A stretch of 64,000 nucleotides of DNA from Desulfomonilia bacterium. GTDB taxonomy: Bacteria > Desulfobacterota > Desulfomonilia > UBA1062. The first letter of the stretch is position 1. Every line of letters begins with the position of its first letter. Below are positions 18,927-28,899 of the stretch, piece by piece. Position numbers and translations under genes: made by a program. Below the pieces are notes generated by a model, which had not been told where the DNA came from, searched no databases, and worked only from the letters and a program-made list of their open reading frames with translations. The stretch is from NCBI GenBank assembly GCA_050014195.1, contig JBEKDT010000002.1, positions 128,001 to 192,000 on the forward strand, given 5' to 3'.

Positions 18927-20684
18927 ATGGATAATAGCGTTGGTATGTATTCCAGGAAGGCCTGGATCAAGATATCACCCTGGGTGATCATGGGCTCCCT
19001 CATCGTAATGGTACCTATCTTCATCTTTACAACTATGGAGAGTATCAGGACCCAGAGGAAGAACATGTATCACATGCTCAGTGAGAAGGGCGATGCCCTC
19101 ATGCGCTCATTTGAGGCAGGCACCAGGACGGGTATGATGGGCATAGGTTGGAGCGGGGCCCAGGTCCAGCGCCTCATCATGGAGACTTCGCAGGAGCCGG
19201 ATATCCTCTATATCCTTATAACGGATAAGGATGGGAAGATCGTTGCCCACAACAAGGTTCAGAATATCGGGAAGATGTATGGACTCGATATCGACCAGGC
19301 GCGGTTAGGTCCCATTATCAGGTGGAGGGTGCTCACCGATGATAAAGGCAGGCATGTATTCGAGGTATATCGGAGATTCCATCCTTCCCGAAGCGGGATG
19401 ATAATCCTCAGGCGCAAAACACCCCTCCATGACTGGTTCTACCCCCATATGATCCCGAAGATTGAAAGGCCCCCCATACAGACCATCTATGTGGGGCTTA
19501 ATATGGAACCCGTTGAGCAGATCATTAATGAAAACATAAAACAAAAGATCTTCCTGGCTGTGATCCTGTCGATGTATGGCCTGCTCGGGATCGTCTCCAT
19601 CGTCATTGCACAGAACTACCGGTCCACCAAGGCATCGCTGTCGCGGATCAAGGCCTTTTCAGATACGTTGGTGGACAATATGCCCATAGGGCTCATCTTC
19701 ATCGGCGAGAAAGGCCGCATAGTGACGCTCAATGATGTTTCAGAGAGACTCCTCATGATCGCGGCTTCCGAGGTAAGGGGCAAGAAGGCAAAAGACGTGC
19801 TGCCCGAACAGATCGTAAGCCTCATCGAAGATATTCATGACCCACGTGATATAGCCGTGCGAAACCTCCGTGTTCCCCTGCAGGAAAAGATCATGGTCTA
19901 TGAGGCGAGCGCGAGTTTTTTAACCGATGAAGACAATAATTTCCTTGGCCATATAGTACTCCTGCGGGATATCACCGAGATAGAGCACCTGAAGAGGGAG
20001 ATGGAGCGTAAAGAGAGGCTTGCGGCCATAGGGAGCCTTGCTGCCGGTGTGGCCCATGAAATCAGGAACCCTTTAAGCTCCATCAAGGGTTTTGCCACCT
20101 ACTTCCAGGAGCGCTACCGTGATATCCCTGAAGACCAGAGGATTGCCGGGATCATGGTAGGAGAAGTCGAACGCCTCAACCGGGCGATCAGCCAGCTCCT
20201 GGATCTCTCCCGGCCCATGGATCTGAGAATAAAGACAACCTCGCTGGTTGAGCTTCTTAATCGCTCTGTGGAAATGGTTGAAAAGCAGGCCTTAGAAAAA
20301 GGCATCACTATCGACCGTACGGGGCTTCCTCAGGATCCTTGCAATGCGGAAATAGACCCTGATAAGGTGGGCCAGGTACTGCTTAATCTTTTTCTGAATG
20401 CCTTTGAAGCCATGGAACAAGGCGGTACCCTTACGGTTTCTATCAGGTGTGATGACAAGCCAAACAGATTTATCATCCGTATCTCAGACACCGGCAATGG
20501 AATCGCACATGAAGACCTGCCTCATATATTCGACCCGTACTTCACTACCAAGCAATCCGGGACCGGCCTAGGACTTGCCATTGTCCACAAGATTATGGAG
20601 GCTCATGACGGCGACATCAAGGTGGAAAGTATACCGGGTACAGGGACGACGGTTTCCCTGAACATGCCTGCCGGAGGAGTTTGA
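18927..20684 (+). CDS. Membrane PAS sensor histidine kinase (ZraS/HydH-like)
   Basis: Two TM helices, PAS domain, AHEIRNPL H-box, NLFLNA, DTGNGI and GTGLGL. Start uncertain (18894, 18927 or 18945). Confidence 0.9.
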   Translation: MDNSVGMYSRKAWIKISPWVIMGSLIVMVPIFIFTTMESIRTQRKNMYHMLSEKGDALMRSFEAGTRTGMMGIGWSGAQVQRLIMETSQEPDILYILITDKDGKIVAHNKVQNIGKMYGLDIDQARLGPIIRWRVLTDDKGRHVFEVYRRFHPSRSGMIILRRKTPLHDWFYPHMIPKIERPPIQTIYVGLNMEPVEQIINENIKQKIFLAVILSMYGLLGIVSIVIAQNYRSTKASLSRIKAFSDTLVDNMPIGLIFIGEKGRIVTLNDVSERLLMIAASEVRGKKAKDVLPEQIVSLIEDIHDPRDIAVRNLRVPLQEKIMVYEASASFLTDEDNNFLGHIVLLRDITEIEHLKREMERKERLAAIGSLAAGVAHEIRNPLSSIKGFATYFQERYRDIPEDQRIAGIMVGEVERLNRAISQLLDLSRPMDLRIKTTSLVELLNRSVEMVEKQALEKGITIDRTGLPQDPCNAEIDPDKVGQVLLNLFLNAFEAMEQGGTLTVSIRCDDKPNRFIIRISDTGNGIAHEDLPHIFDPYFTTKQSGTGLGLAIVHKIMEAHDGDIKVESIPGTGTTVSLNMPAGGV

Positions 20685-22048
20685 TGATGGCAATCACGAG
20701 TAACAGAAACATATTGGTAGTGGATGATGACTTCAGCCATCGCACTATGCTCAAGACCTTGCTATCGGGATGGGGCTATGAGGTGAGTGAGGCCGACGAC
20801 GGCCAGGCAGCCGTCAATATGGTCCAGGAAAGACCTTATGACCTTATCCTTATGGACATAAGAATGGTCAAGGTGTCAGGTCTTAAGGCACTTGCAGTCG
20901 TCAAGGAGACCAACCCTGCTATCCCGGTGATCATTATGACTGCTTATTCATCGGTCGATACAGCCATCGATGCCATGAAAAAAGGGGCCTATGAATATCT
21001 GACAAAACCTCTTGACTTTGAAGAGCTGCGTTTGAAGATGGAACAGGCCATGGAACACAGCATGCTCAAAGAGGAGAACCGCCTCCTGCGCGAGCTTGTG
21101 GGTGACCGCTTCGACACCGGGAGCATTATCGGCAGAAGCCCGGCCATGATCCGGCTTCTGGAAACCACTGCCAGGGCCGCTTCCTCGGATGCAACAGTTC
21201 TCATCACCGGTGAGTCGGGGACCGGCAAGGAGATGATTGCCGGCGCCATCCACTTCAATTCTCCCCGGAAAGATCACCCTTTCATAAAGATGAACTGTGC
21301 CGCCATATCCGAAGGCCTGCTCGAATCCGAGCTGTTCGGCCATGAAAAGGGATCATTCACCGGAGCATTGCGCCGTAGAGAGGGCCGCTTCAAACAGGCC
21401 CACGGCGGCAGTCTCTTTTTGGATGAGGTCAGCGAGATGCCGCTGGCCATGCAGGTCAAACTCCTGCGTGTGCTTCAGGAAAGAGAGATCACCCGTGTCG
21501 GCGGCGAAGAGGTGATACCGGTGGACGTTAGGATCATTGCGGCGACCAACAAAGACCTCCCAACCCTTATAAAGATTGCCAGATTCAGGGAAGACCTTTA
21601 CTATCGGCTCAATGTCATCAACCTTTCCGTACCCCCGTTACGTGAGCGCGCCGAGGATATCCCCGTGCTGGCTGAACATTTTTTAAAGATGTTTGCCATC
21701 AAGAACAACAAACCCTTGAAAGGCTTCACACCACAAGCCATGGACCGGCTCATTAAACACCCGTGGCCGGGTAATGTACGCGAAATGATGAATACTGTTG
21801 AGAGCGCTGTAGTCCTATCCAGTTCAACCTTTCTTACGGACGGAGACATCCCCATCTTCAGGGATGAGTCGTACAATGCTCCCCAAGAAATAGGGGCTGC
21901 AAATGCCATCAGTCTTGATGAAATGGAGCGTCTCACCATCTTGAAAACCCTGGAGTCAGTCCAGGGCAACAAGAGCGAGGCTGCAAGAAAGCTAGGGATT
22001 ACACGGGCCACGCTTCATAAGAAGCTGAAAAAGTACTCAGTACCCTGA
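20684..22048 (+). CDS. sigma54-dependent response regulator (ZraR/AtoC/NtrC family)
   Basis: REC domain, GESGTGKE Walker A, ESELFGHEKGSFTGA, WPGNVRE and Fis-type HTH; coupled to the kinase stop. Confidence 0.95.
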   Translation: MMAITSNRNILVVDDDFSHRTMLKTLLSGWGYEVSEADDGQAAVNMVQERPYDLILMDIRMVKVSGLKALAVVKETNPAIPVIIMTAYSSVDTAIDAMKKGAYEYLTKPLDFEELRLKMEQAMEHSMLKEENRLLRELVGDRFDTGSIIGRSPAMIRLLETTARAASSDATVLITGESGTGKEMIAGAIHFNSPRKDHPFIKMNCAAISEGLLESELFGHEKGSFTGALRRREGRFKQAHGGSLFLDEVSEMPLAMQVKLLRVLQEREITRVGGEEVIPVDVRIIAATNKDLPTLIKIARFREDLYYRLNVINLSVPPLRERAEDIPVLAEHFLKMFAIKNNKPLKGFTPQAMDRLIKHPWPGNVREMMNTVESAVVLSSSTFLTDGDIPIFRDESYNAPQEIGAANAISLDEMERLTILKTLESVQGNKSEAARKLGITRATLHKKLKKYSVP

Positions 22049-22057
22049 TCACTGAAG

Positions 22058-22088
22058 GGGGCGGGTTTGAAGACCCGCCCCTGCTTTT
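22058..22088. terminator. GC hairpin between convergent genes; GTAG-family REP-like and probable terminator
   Basis: GGGGCGGGT-N6-ACCCGCCCC followed by TGCTTTT. The reverse strand reads GCAGGGGCGGGT..ACCCGCCC. Confidence 0.7.
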
Positions 22089-22109
22089 ATATCCGTAAAC
22101 GGCTCACCA

Positions 22110-23177
22110 TCATTCAACTGCGTACCCGGCAACCTTGTCTCCAACCTGCGTAGTAGTGAGGCCCATCTTTCCTGCAGACAGAGACTTGATGTCGTGCTGA
22201 AGGGTTTGGACGATACCCCGCTCGATACGTGCTGCTGCTGCATCCTCCCCGAGGGTCTCCAACATCATTTGGGCGGATGCGATGGCTGCCAGCGGATTAA
22301 TGATGTTCATACCCGTGTATTTAGGTGCAGATCCGCCGATGGGTTCGAACATCGACACGCCCTGGGGATTGATATTCCCGCCTGCAGCTATGCCCATACC
22401 GCCCTGGGTGATGGCACCCAGGTCGGTGATGATGTCGCCGAACATGTTCTCGGTCACCAGGACATCGAACCATTCAGGGTTTTTGACCATCCACATGCAC
22501 GTAGCATCCACATGGTAATATTCACGTTTGATATCCGGATAATCTTTTTCACCAATCTCGTGGAAAGCCCGCTCCCATAGGTCAAACACATAGGTCAGTA
22601 CATTGGTCTTGCCGACCAGGGCCAGGATCTTTCTCTTGTTCCTTTTTCTTGTGAATTCAAAGGCATAACGCAGGCACCGCTCCACCTGGAAACGCGTGTA
22701 TATCATCTCTTGGACAGCCACTTCATGGGACGTGCCCTTCATAGTAATGCCGCCCGAGCCCGTGTAAACACCCCCCGAGTTCTCTCTGATCACTACATAG
22801 TCGATATGTTCAGTGCCCTTATCCTTAAGTGGTGTTTCCACATTGGGATAAAGCTTAACCGGCCTGAGATTGATATACTGGTCCAGCTCGAACCTGAGGC
22901 GCAGGAGGATGCCCTTCTCCAGGACGCCCGGCTTTACATCCGGATGTCCGATGGCCCCCAGGTACATGGCATGGTGTTTTTTCATCTCATCCGTGGCCGT
23001 ATCGGGCAGGATCTCGCCGGTACGCAGGTATCTATCACCACCAAAGTCATAGGTAGTAAAATCAATCTTAATGCCTTCAACAGCAGCAACTGCCTTGAGA
23101 ACCTTGATACCTTCGGCAACCACCTCGGGACCTGTCCCGTCGCCGGGAAGAACCGCGATGCTGTATGAATGTGCCAT
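22110..23177 (-). CDS. leuB: 3-isopropylmalate dehydrogenase
   Basis: PGDGTGPEV, NLRPVKL, RENSGG.Y, NMFGDIITD and FEPIGGSAP are present; ATG at 23177. Confidence 0.9.
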   Translation of the reverse strand: MAHSYSIAVLPGDGTGPEVVAEGIKVLKAVAAVEGIKIDFTTYDFGGDRYLRTGEILPDTATDEMKKHHAMYLGAIGHPDVKPGVLEKGILLRLRFELDQYINLRPVKLYPNVETPLKDKGTEHIDYVVIRENSGGVYTGSGGITMKGTSHEVAVQEMIYTRFQVERCLRYAFEFTRKRNKRKILALVGKTNVLTYVFDLWERAFHEIGEKDYPDIKREYYHVDATCMWMVKNPEWFDVLVTENMFGDIITDLGAITQGGMGIAAGGNINPQGVSMFEPIGGSAPKYTGMNIINPLAAIASAQMMLETLGEDAAAARIERGIVQTLQHDIKSLSAGKMGLTTTQVGDKVAGYAVE

Positions 23178-23299
23178 ATTGATACCCCTGTTCACTGATA
23201 TACTTTTCAGAGTGCCCGTATATTTGCGCAATTCCTGGCTCGATATACTAAATCGGATGATGAAGTCAAGGGCAATGGAGAATCCCTTTTTCAGCTTTT

Positions 23300-23995
23300 T
23301 TAGAGATAATCTGATGAGTGCTGGTCAAGGTAGCCTCTGATGTAGCTCTCTACGCGTGCTTTTGGCTTGTATATCCCGAAGTGACCCTCGCAGAGGATGT
23401 CGGCGCCTAGATCCAGGAGCTTGTGCATGGATGACCGCCATTGGCTGATGTCGGACTTGAACTCTTTTGTGAAGGGTCCGTGTATGTCCTGGCCGAAGAG
23501 GATGCGCACCCCCTGACAGTCCATATAGATGGAGATGGAACCTGGGGTATGGCCGGGTGTATGGATGCAATGGAGTTCGTCAGCGCCGCAGGTGATGATC
23601 TCATGTTCCTGCTTCAACCGTCTGTCTACCGCTGTCGTGGGGAGCTTGGTGTTGTACCAGCGCGCAGCCGTGAGACCGGGGTCTCCGGATTCGATGGCAT
23701 CCGCATCAAGATCATGGGCAACAACACTTAACCGGAATGTTTCTCTGAAGAATGTTGTTGATCCGATATGGTCTACATGACAGTGGGTCAACACCAGTGT
23801 AGTGATCCTGGCCGGATCAAGTCCCGTCTCCTTGATATTATCGATTATTGCCTTGGGTTCCCTGCCTGCGCCGCAATCTATCATAACAAGGTCCGCCCCG
23901 CATGTTATGATATATACTGCAGCATCATACGGATCTGAAAGATCCGAACCTCCGACCTGGTATATCCCCTCTGCTACGGTCACATATTCACCCAT
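23300..23995 (-). CDS. MBL-fold metallo-hydrolase
   Basis: THCHVDH, TPGHTPG and CEGH motifs; GGAGG RBS. Confidence 0.9.
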   Translation of the reverse strand: MGEYVTVAEGIYQVGGSDLSDPYDAAVYIITCGADLVMIDCGAGREPKAIIDNIKETGLDPARITTLVLTHCHVDHIGSTTFFRETFRLSVVAHDLDADAIESGDPGLTAARWYNTKLPTTAVDRRLKQEHEIITCGADELHCIHTPGHTPGSISIYMDCQGVRILFGQDIHGPFTKEFKSDISQWRSSMHKLLDLGADILCEGHFGIYKPKARVESYIRGYLDQHSSDYL

Positions 23996-24176
23996 AATAC
24001 CCTCCCAAAAAGACAGGCGATACCGCTATATTGTATGTGCTTATTACCCTGTGTGGATAACAAATACTTGTCTCAACCATCCAAGGGTCTTTGAACCGGG
24101 AGCATACCCGAAAGTCAGCTGCAAGGGCAATGTGGTAAATGATATGTCTATCTCTTATTTTAAATGCACGCAGAAA

Positions 24177-25559
24177 TCAGTTTCTCGGCTTCAGTCTGCG
24201 GTCAAGGAGGACCTTCAGGGTAAAGATGGCGCCCGGGTCGGCCTGGCGTACCACATCGATATCTCCATGTATCTTTACCATGGCTATGCGTGCCTCAGTC
24301 AGGCCAAGGCCCGTTTTCATCGGGTCAGTGGAATAAAACGGCGCGTAGATGGTCTGTGCCTTGTCACGAACCCCCGGCCCGAAATCTCGAACAGATATCA
24401 TTGCAAAGCTTTTATCACAGGATATATCGATGATAACTTCATGAGTGCCTGTTTCTATCGCATTTTGAAGTATCCTGCTGAACGCGATGCGTACGTGTTC
24501 GGTGTCACAGAAGGCATGGATGTCTTTCGGTGCGTTTATCCTGACAGGGATCGGCGGAGCAAAAGCCGATACGGCCTGGCAAATGAGCTTGCATACATCC
24601 ACCTGGCTGCAGGAGGGCTCCATCCGCACCAGCATTTCATACTGCTCAATGCGGGTAATCATGTCTTCTATTCGCCGGATTGAGGAATAGATACCGGAAA
24701 GGGCCTGCTCCCATTTTCTGGTCTTTTCACCCTTTTCACGCTCCAGTCGTTTGATATATGCCCCGATGATGGTTAATGGGTTGCGTAATTCATGGGATAA
24801 TCCATTGATCATCTGGCTCAAATCATTTGCCTGAATGGTGAGTCTGCGTTGCATGGCCCGAATATCGGTGATATCCCTGCCAATGACCGATAGTGCATAG
24901 ATTTGCCCTTCTTCCTCCAATGGCGTGCTCAGGAGTGAAAAGATTCCGGTCCTCCCGCTTAAAAGGAGCATCCTCACTTCCGATCGAACAGGGACATTGT
25001 TGATATAACCTTTCTCAAGCATGGTTTTAAGGTATTGGCGATCCTCCTCCACAACAAAGTCGGCAAACGATCTGCCCATGATTGATGCACCTGTTCCTTG
25101 GAGATACTTCTTAAATGTATCATTGCAGAACATTATCTTCCCAGCGGGCCCCAGGATAAATATGAGGTCGTTGGCGTTTTTAATGATGGCATTGTGCCGT
25201 TTGCTGTCGCGAAGGATCAATCTCTGCTTTTCCTTGATGGTAAGATCTTTCTCATTCAGCGACTCGATGAGCATATCGCCTACCTCAAAAGATTCCCTCA
25301 TTTCATTATGCAGTGTTGCCATAGCCCGTATAACTGAAGCGTCCTTCGGGATTACCCCCATGATCGCTAAAGGCATCCTATTCGGACTTTTGCCATTATG
25401 TACCAGATAGATGCGGCGGGAGCCGGTATTCTTTCCCTTCACCGCCTTGGGGTCATCGATAAAAAGCAGGCAGCCGTCCTTTGTGTCTTCAAGTGCATGA
25501 ACATGATGAACATCAGAACCTTCAGGAGGGGACGAGTTTCCAAGCCAATAGGCATCCAT
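24177..25559 (-). CDS. Cytoplasmic PAS-domain histidine kinase
   Basis: PAS/PAC (GRDITD), SHELRNPL, DFGPG and TGLGL. ATG 25559 preferred over GTG 25565. Confidence 0.88.
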   Translation of the reverse strand: MDAYWLGNSSPPEGSDVHHVHALEDTKDGCLLFIDDPKAVKGKNTGSRRIYLVHNGKSPNRMPLAIMGVIPKDASVIRAMATLHNEMRESFEVGDMLIESLNEKDLTIKEKQRLILRDSKRHNAIIKNANDLIFILGPAGKIMFCNDTFKKYLQGTGASIMGRSFADFVVEEDRQYLKTMLEKGYINNVPVRSEVRMLLLSGRTGIFSLLSTPLEEEGQIYALSVIGRDITDIRAMQRRLTIQANDLSQMINGLSHELRNPLTIIGAYIKRLEREKGEKTRKWEQALSGIYSSIRRIEDMITRIEQYEMLVRMEPSCSQVDVCKLICQAVSAFAPPIPVRINAPKDIHAFCDTEHVRIAFSRILQNAIETGTHEVIIDISCDKSFAMISVRDFGPGVRDKAQTIYAPFYSTDPMKTGLGLTEARIAMVKIHGDIDVVRQADPGAIFTLKVLLDRRLKPRN

Positions 25560-25566
25560 AGGCACT

Positions 25567-25594
25567 CATTCGGAAAAACGGATCATTTTCTTTA
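25567..25594 (-). promoter_or_regulatory. sigma28 (FliA/WhiG)-like promoter of the PAS kinase
   Basis: TAAAG-N15-TCCGAATG, ending 7 nt before the ATG. Confidence 0.5.
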
Positions 25595-25646
25595 CGGGTC
25601 ATACAGAGACGTTGCTTACGCATGCCCTTTCGGGTACAAAAAGATC

Positions 25647-26750
25647 ATGGCTTCAAAAAACCCACACATAGGTTTAGCGCTCGATAGTGGCGGGGCTATG
25701 GGTGGTGCCCATGTCGGTGTGCTGGAGGTACTTGATGAGAATTCCATTCCTCTCGACATCATCGTGGGCTCCAGCGCCGGCGCTGCAGTAGGTGCCTTCT
25801 ACGCTGCAGGAAAGCTTCAAGATTTTAAAAGACTCATCACCGATCTCTCATTTATCCACTCACTGAGTTACTATGTGGATCCTGTATTTCCAATCTCGGG
25901 TCTGCTGGCCGGCAGCCGGGCATACAAGTTCATACAATCTCTCGTGGGCGACGTACTTATCGAAGATCTGCCGATTACCTTTATTGCCATAGCTACCGAT
26001 CTGCTTACGGGAGAGACCGTTGCCATTGACAAGGGTCCTCTGGCGGATGGCGTAATGGCAAGCATAGCCATACCCGGCGTATTCAGGCCTGTAGTCCATA
26101 TGGGACGCCTGCTCACTGATGGAGGGGTGTCAGACCCCTTGCCGCTCGATATCCTCAAGGCTCACTCGCCTGATATTTCTATTGCCTGCAATCTCCACCC
26201 GCATATGCCTTCTCGATACTCATCGAAGAAGAGACGGGACATCATCAAGGCTGAGCAGATGGCTTCTGCAGGCGAAGAAGACCTCGCATCAGGCATGATA
26301 GAACGAGTCGCAGGACTTCTCCGTACTCAGACCATACACACAGGCCTCAAACCTCTGGCCGAAAATATCCTCAAACTCGTCAATATACCGCGCACGAAAA
26401 AGGCTTCAGAGATAGATCTTGCCAAGAGCCTAAAAGACCATCTCATTATAAGCAAGCAAAAACTCAACGAGATCATCTCGAAGCCCTTCTTAACCATGGG
26501 TTCGGAGCAGAGACTCAACATCATAGAGATCCTCCTGAGCACCACTAATATCCAGCAGTACCAGAAAAACCGGCTCATGCTCAGGTATGAGCCCCCGGAC
26601 ATCCTGGTCGAACCGGATGTAGTAGACATCGGGGCTTTGGAGTTCACCAAAGGGGCCTCTGCCATAGGGGAAGGGAGAAATAAGGCACAAGATGCTATTC
26701 CTGAGATCCTCAGGATGATGAAAGAAAAAAGACTCTCTACTTTACGATAA
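25647..26750 (+). CDS. Patatin-like phospholipase (RssA/NTE family)
   Basis: LALDSGGAMG, GSSAG nucleophile and DGG motif; ATG at 25647. Confidence 0.9.
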   Translation: MASKNPHIGLALDSGGAMGGAHVGVLEVLDENSIPLDIIVGSSAGAAVGAFYAAGKLQDFKRLITDLSFIHSLSYYVDPVFPISGLLAGSRAYKFIQSLVGDVLIEDLPITFIAIATDLLTGETVAIDKGPLADGVMASIAIPGVFRPVVHMGRLLTDGGVSDPLPLDILKAHSPDISIACNLHPHMPSRYSSKKRRDIIKAEQMASAGEEDLASGMIERVAGLLRTQTIHTGLKPLAENILKLVNIPRTKKASEIDLAKSLKDHLIISKQKLNEIISKPFLTMGSEQRLNIIEILLSTTNIQQYQKNRLMLRYEPPDILVEPDVVDIGALEFTKGASAIGEGRNKAQDAIPEILRMMKEKRLSTLR

Positions 26751-27468
26751 GCAGGTTTGCCTGTTTGAGTCTTTGGGCAAGTGTTGTTATAATCTTGTTG
26801 GCGATCTCGGGGTTATCATTGAGGATACGTTCCAGACCGCCTTCCTGGACAGGGAGGACCTCAACGATACTCTTACCCATGGAACGGATGGTGGCACTTC
26901 TCGGTTCGTTCAGGATGAAGCTCATCTCGCCGAAATACTCGCCGGGTTTGGTGATGACACCGATACGGACACCCTTCTTGAGGACCTCGAGCCCGCCTTC
27001 GGTCTGGAATAACTTATAGATCTCGATCCCACTGGTGCCTTCTTCGATGATTATCTGGCCGTCATCATATTCCTTCAGGTCGAGATTGATAGTCTCGCTG
27101 TAGGGGATATTGGCTTCGGCAATAGATGTGGTCTGTTCGAGCTGAAGGAAGGCCGATCGCATAACCATAGCGGCTAGTGCCGGCTTGGCGTAGGCAATCT
27201 CGTCGATGAGTTCAGCTTCATAGGCGGCTACGCGTGATGTTTTGGTGGCCTTGGCTGTAGTGGTGTATGGGATGCCCCGGTAATAATTTTCCAGACCGAA
27301 GACATCCCTGTCCGACAGGATGCGGATAGGCTTGTCGAGCTGATAGATCTGCACTTCGCCCTGGAGTATCGCATAAAAGTACCGGCTCGGCTCGCCTTCA
27401 CGTACGATAACCTCGCCCGTCCTGTATTCACGGACCTCCACGGACTCAATAGGTTTTTCATCGAGCAT
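26737..27468 (-). CDS. Tandem cyclic-nucleotide-binding domain protein
   Basis: Two cNMP domains (VFGLE..YTTTA, degenerate; YFGEMS..PRSAT, canonical) and no HTH. Confidence 0.85.
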   Translation of the reverse strand: MLDEKPIESVEVREYRTGEVIVREGEPSRYFYAILQGEVQIYQLDKPIRILSDRDVFGLENYYRGIPYTTTAKATKTSRVAAYEAELIDEIAYAKPALAAMVMRSAFLQLEQTTSIAEANIPYSETINLDLKEYDDGQIIIEEGTSGIEIYKLFQTEGGLEVLKKGVRIGVITKPGEYFGEMSFILNEPRSATIRSMGKSIVEVLPVQEGGLERILNDNPEIANKIITTLAQRLKQANLLIVK

Positions 27469-27475
27469 ATCAGCC

Positions 27476-27503
27476 CTTTCGGCATCAGGGAGGGCAAACT
27501 TAA
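27476..27503 (-). promoter_or_regulatory. sigma28-like promoter of the cNMP gene
   Basis: TTAAG-N15-GCCGAAAG, ending 7 nt before the ATG; no SD. Confidence 0.5.
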
Positions 27504-27516
27504 AGAATTACCTGAG

Positions 27517-28524
27517 CTATAATGACCAGTATTGTGAATGGGCCTTCATGATATCATCAAGTTCAGGAAAAGACTTTTCCTCGATCTTCGGTGCAGACCC
27601 CCCCTTCATGACATCGATCACGGCCTTAACGGAATCCCGCAATGCATCAAAATTATACCCCCCCTCAAGCGCATAGATAATAGGGGAATTCACGTCTTGA
27701 GCAGCATCCCGGATCAACCCGGCCAAAGCGCCGAAACCCTTGGAGCTGATCTCCATGCCTCCTATGGGGTCCATGGCATGAGCGTCGAACCCTGCAGAAA
27801 CGAGGATCAATCCTGGTTTGAAAGCCTTGATAATGGGAACCATTACACTTCGGTAAAGAGCGACCATCTCCCCGTCCCTCTTGCCGCCTCTTAAGGGACA
27901 GTTTACCGTATACCCTTGTGCACTTTTAGATCCTGTTTCGTTGAGTCTTCCTGTGCCGGGATAGAATGGATGCTGGTGAGATGAAAAATACAGGACATCT
28001 TTATTGCTATAAAAGCTTTCTTGGGTACCATTGCCGTGGTGTACATCAAAATCGATGATGATAACCCTGTCTACTCCGAATGCTCTAATGGCCTTATTGG
28101 CGGCAATGGCTACATTATTGAAAATGCAGAAACCCATAGCCTCATCAGGGGTGGCATGATGGCCGGGGGGGCGAATGCTTGCAAACCCGGAATCGATATC
28201 ACCCGACAATGCCATACGGACCAGCTCGATCACCGAGCCTGCAGCATAAAGCGCTGTTTCATAGGAATCCTGTGAACACACCGTGTCAGGGTCAAGATCA
28301 ACGTATCTATTGGACGAACATGAGCGCTTGACACTATCTATGTAAGATCGCTCATGGTTAAGCACAATGTCCTCAATGCTTGCCTGGACTGGGTCGATGA
28401 TTGCAATATCTGGGTCTTTGCCGGCGAAAAGTGTATGGATATAATGTATCCTCATGGGGGCCTCTGGATGGTACCCCCCTGTGTCATGACTCATGAAAAG
28501 TGGGTCCGAGACAACTCCTATCAT
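27517..28524 (-). CDS. Zn-dependent histone-deacetylase-family protein
   Basis: HPE, RPPGHHA, GFCIFNN, DFDVHHGNGTQ, SAGFDAH and LEGGY are present. Confidence 0.95.
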   Translation of the reverse strand: MIGVVSDPLFMSHDTGGYHPEAPMRIHYIHTLFAGKDPDIAIIDPVQASIEDIVLNHERSYIDSVKRSCSSNRYVDLDPDTVCSQDSYETALYAAGSVIELVRMALSGDIDSGFASIRPPGHHATPDEAMGFCIFNNVAIAANKAIRAFGVDRVIIIDFDVHHGNGTQESFYSNKDVLYFSSHQHPFYPGTGRLNETGSKSAQGYTVNCPLRGGKRDGEMVALYRSVMVPIIKAFKPGLILVSAGFDAHAMDPIGGMEISSKGFGALAGLIRDAAQDVNSPIIYALEGGYNFDALRDSVKAVIDVMKGGSAPKIEEKSFPELDDIMKAHSQYWSL

Positions 28525-28531
28525 GGTATCC

Positions 28532-28894
28532 CTAGACGATGATATCGAGTGAATAAGATGATGATTCGAGAACGGCTGGGTATGATACGGCTTGTTTGAA
28601 GTCCCGAGCCGTCTCTATACGGCCATAGGTCAGCTCATGAATTACCGATGCATAGGAGATCATAGGATCCATACCCAGTGTGGTGACCTCGGCCTTTTTC
28701 GATATGATCACCCGGGAAAGTGCTGCGGGAGGATTTGCTTTGCTAGGAATTGTTACGTCGATGCTCTTTGCGGATTTGGACTTTTCCGATTCCCCCCAGT
28801 CGACCTTTACATACTTGAACTTAACGAAGGGAAGCTCAATTGCAATCCCTTTCATAGTGGGATAGCGGAAAAATTGATCCTCGTAGGGCATCAT
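28532..28894 (-). CDS. Hypothetical protein
   Basis: 120-aa ORF fills the gap, with its stop 7 nt before the deacetylase start and a sigma70-like promoter in front. Confidence 0.6.
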   Translation of the reverse strand: MMPYEDQFFRYPTMKGIAIELPFVKFKYVKVDWGESEKSKSAKSIDVTIPSKANPPAALSRVIISKKAEVTTLGMDPMISYASVIHELTYGRIETARDFKQAVSYPAVLESSSYSLDIIV

Positions 28895-28899
28895 CCTTT

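Noticed and set aside
24052-24060. Perfect DnaA box TGTGGATAA as a replication origin
   Set aside because: It is a single intergenic box (another lies inside purN), with no cluster and no dnaA/gidA context.
24070-24140. Possible structured RNA (6S or riboswitch-like) between the MBL gene and the PAS kinase
   Set aside because: I could not build a convincing fold or match a family consensus by eye; it needs an Rfam scan.
23802-24683. Long antisense ORFs (this one, 40109-41218, 44820-45812, 57711-58817, 63002-63889 and others)
   Set aside because: They are shadows of well-supported genes on the opposite strand and carry no motifs.
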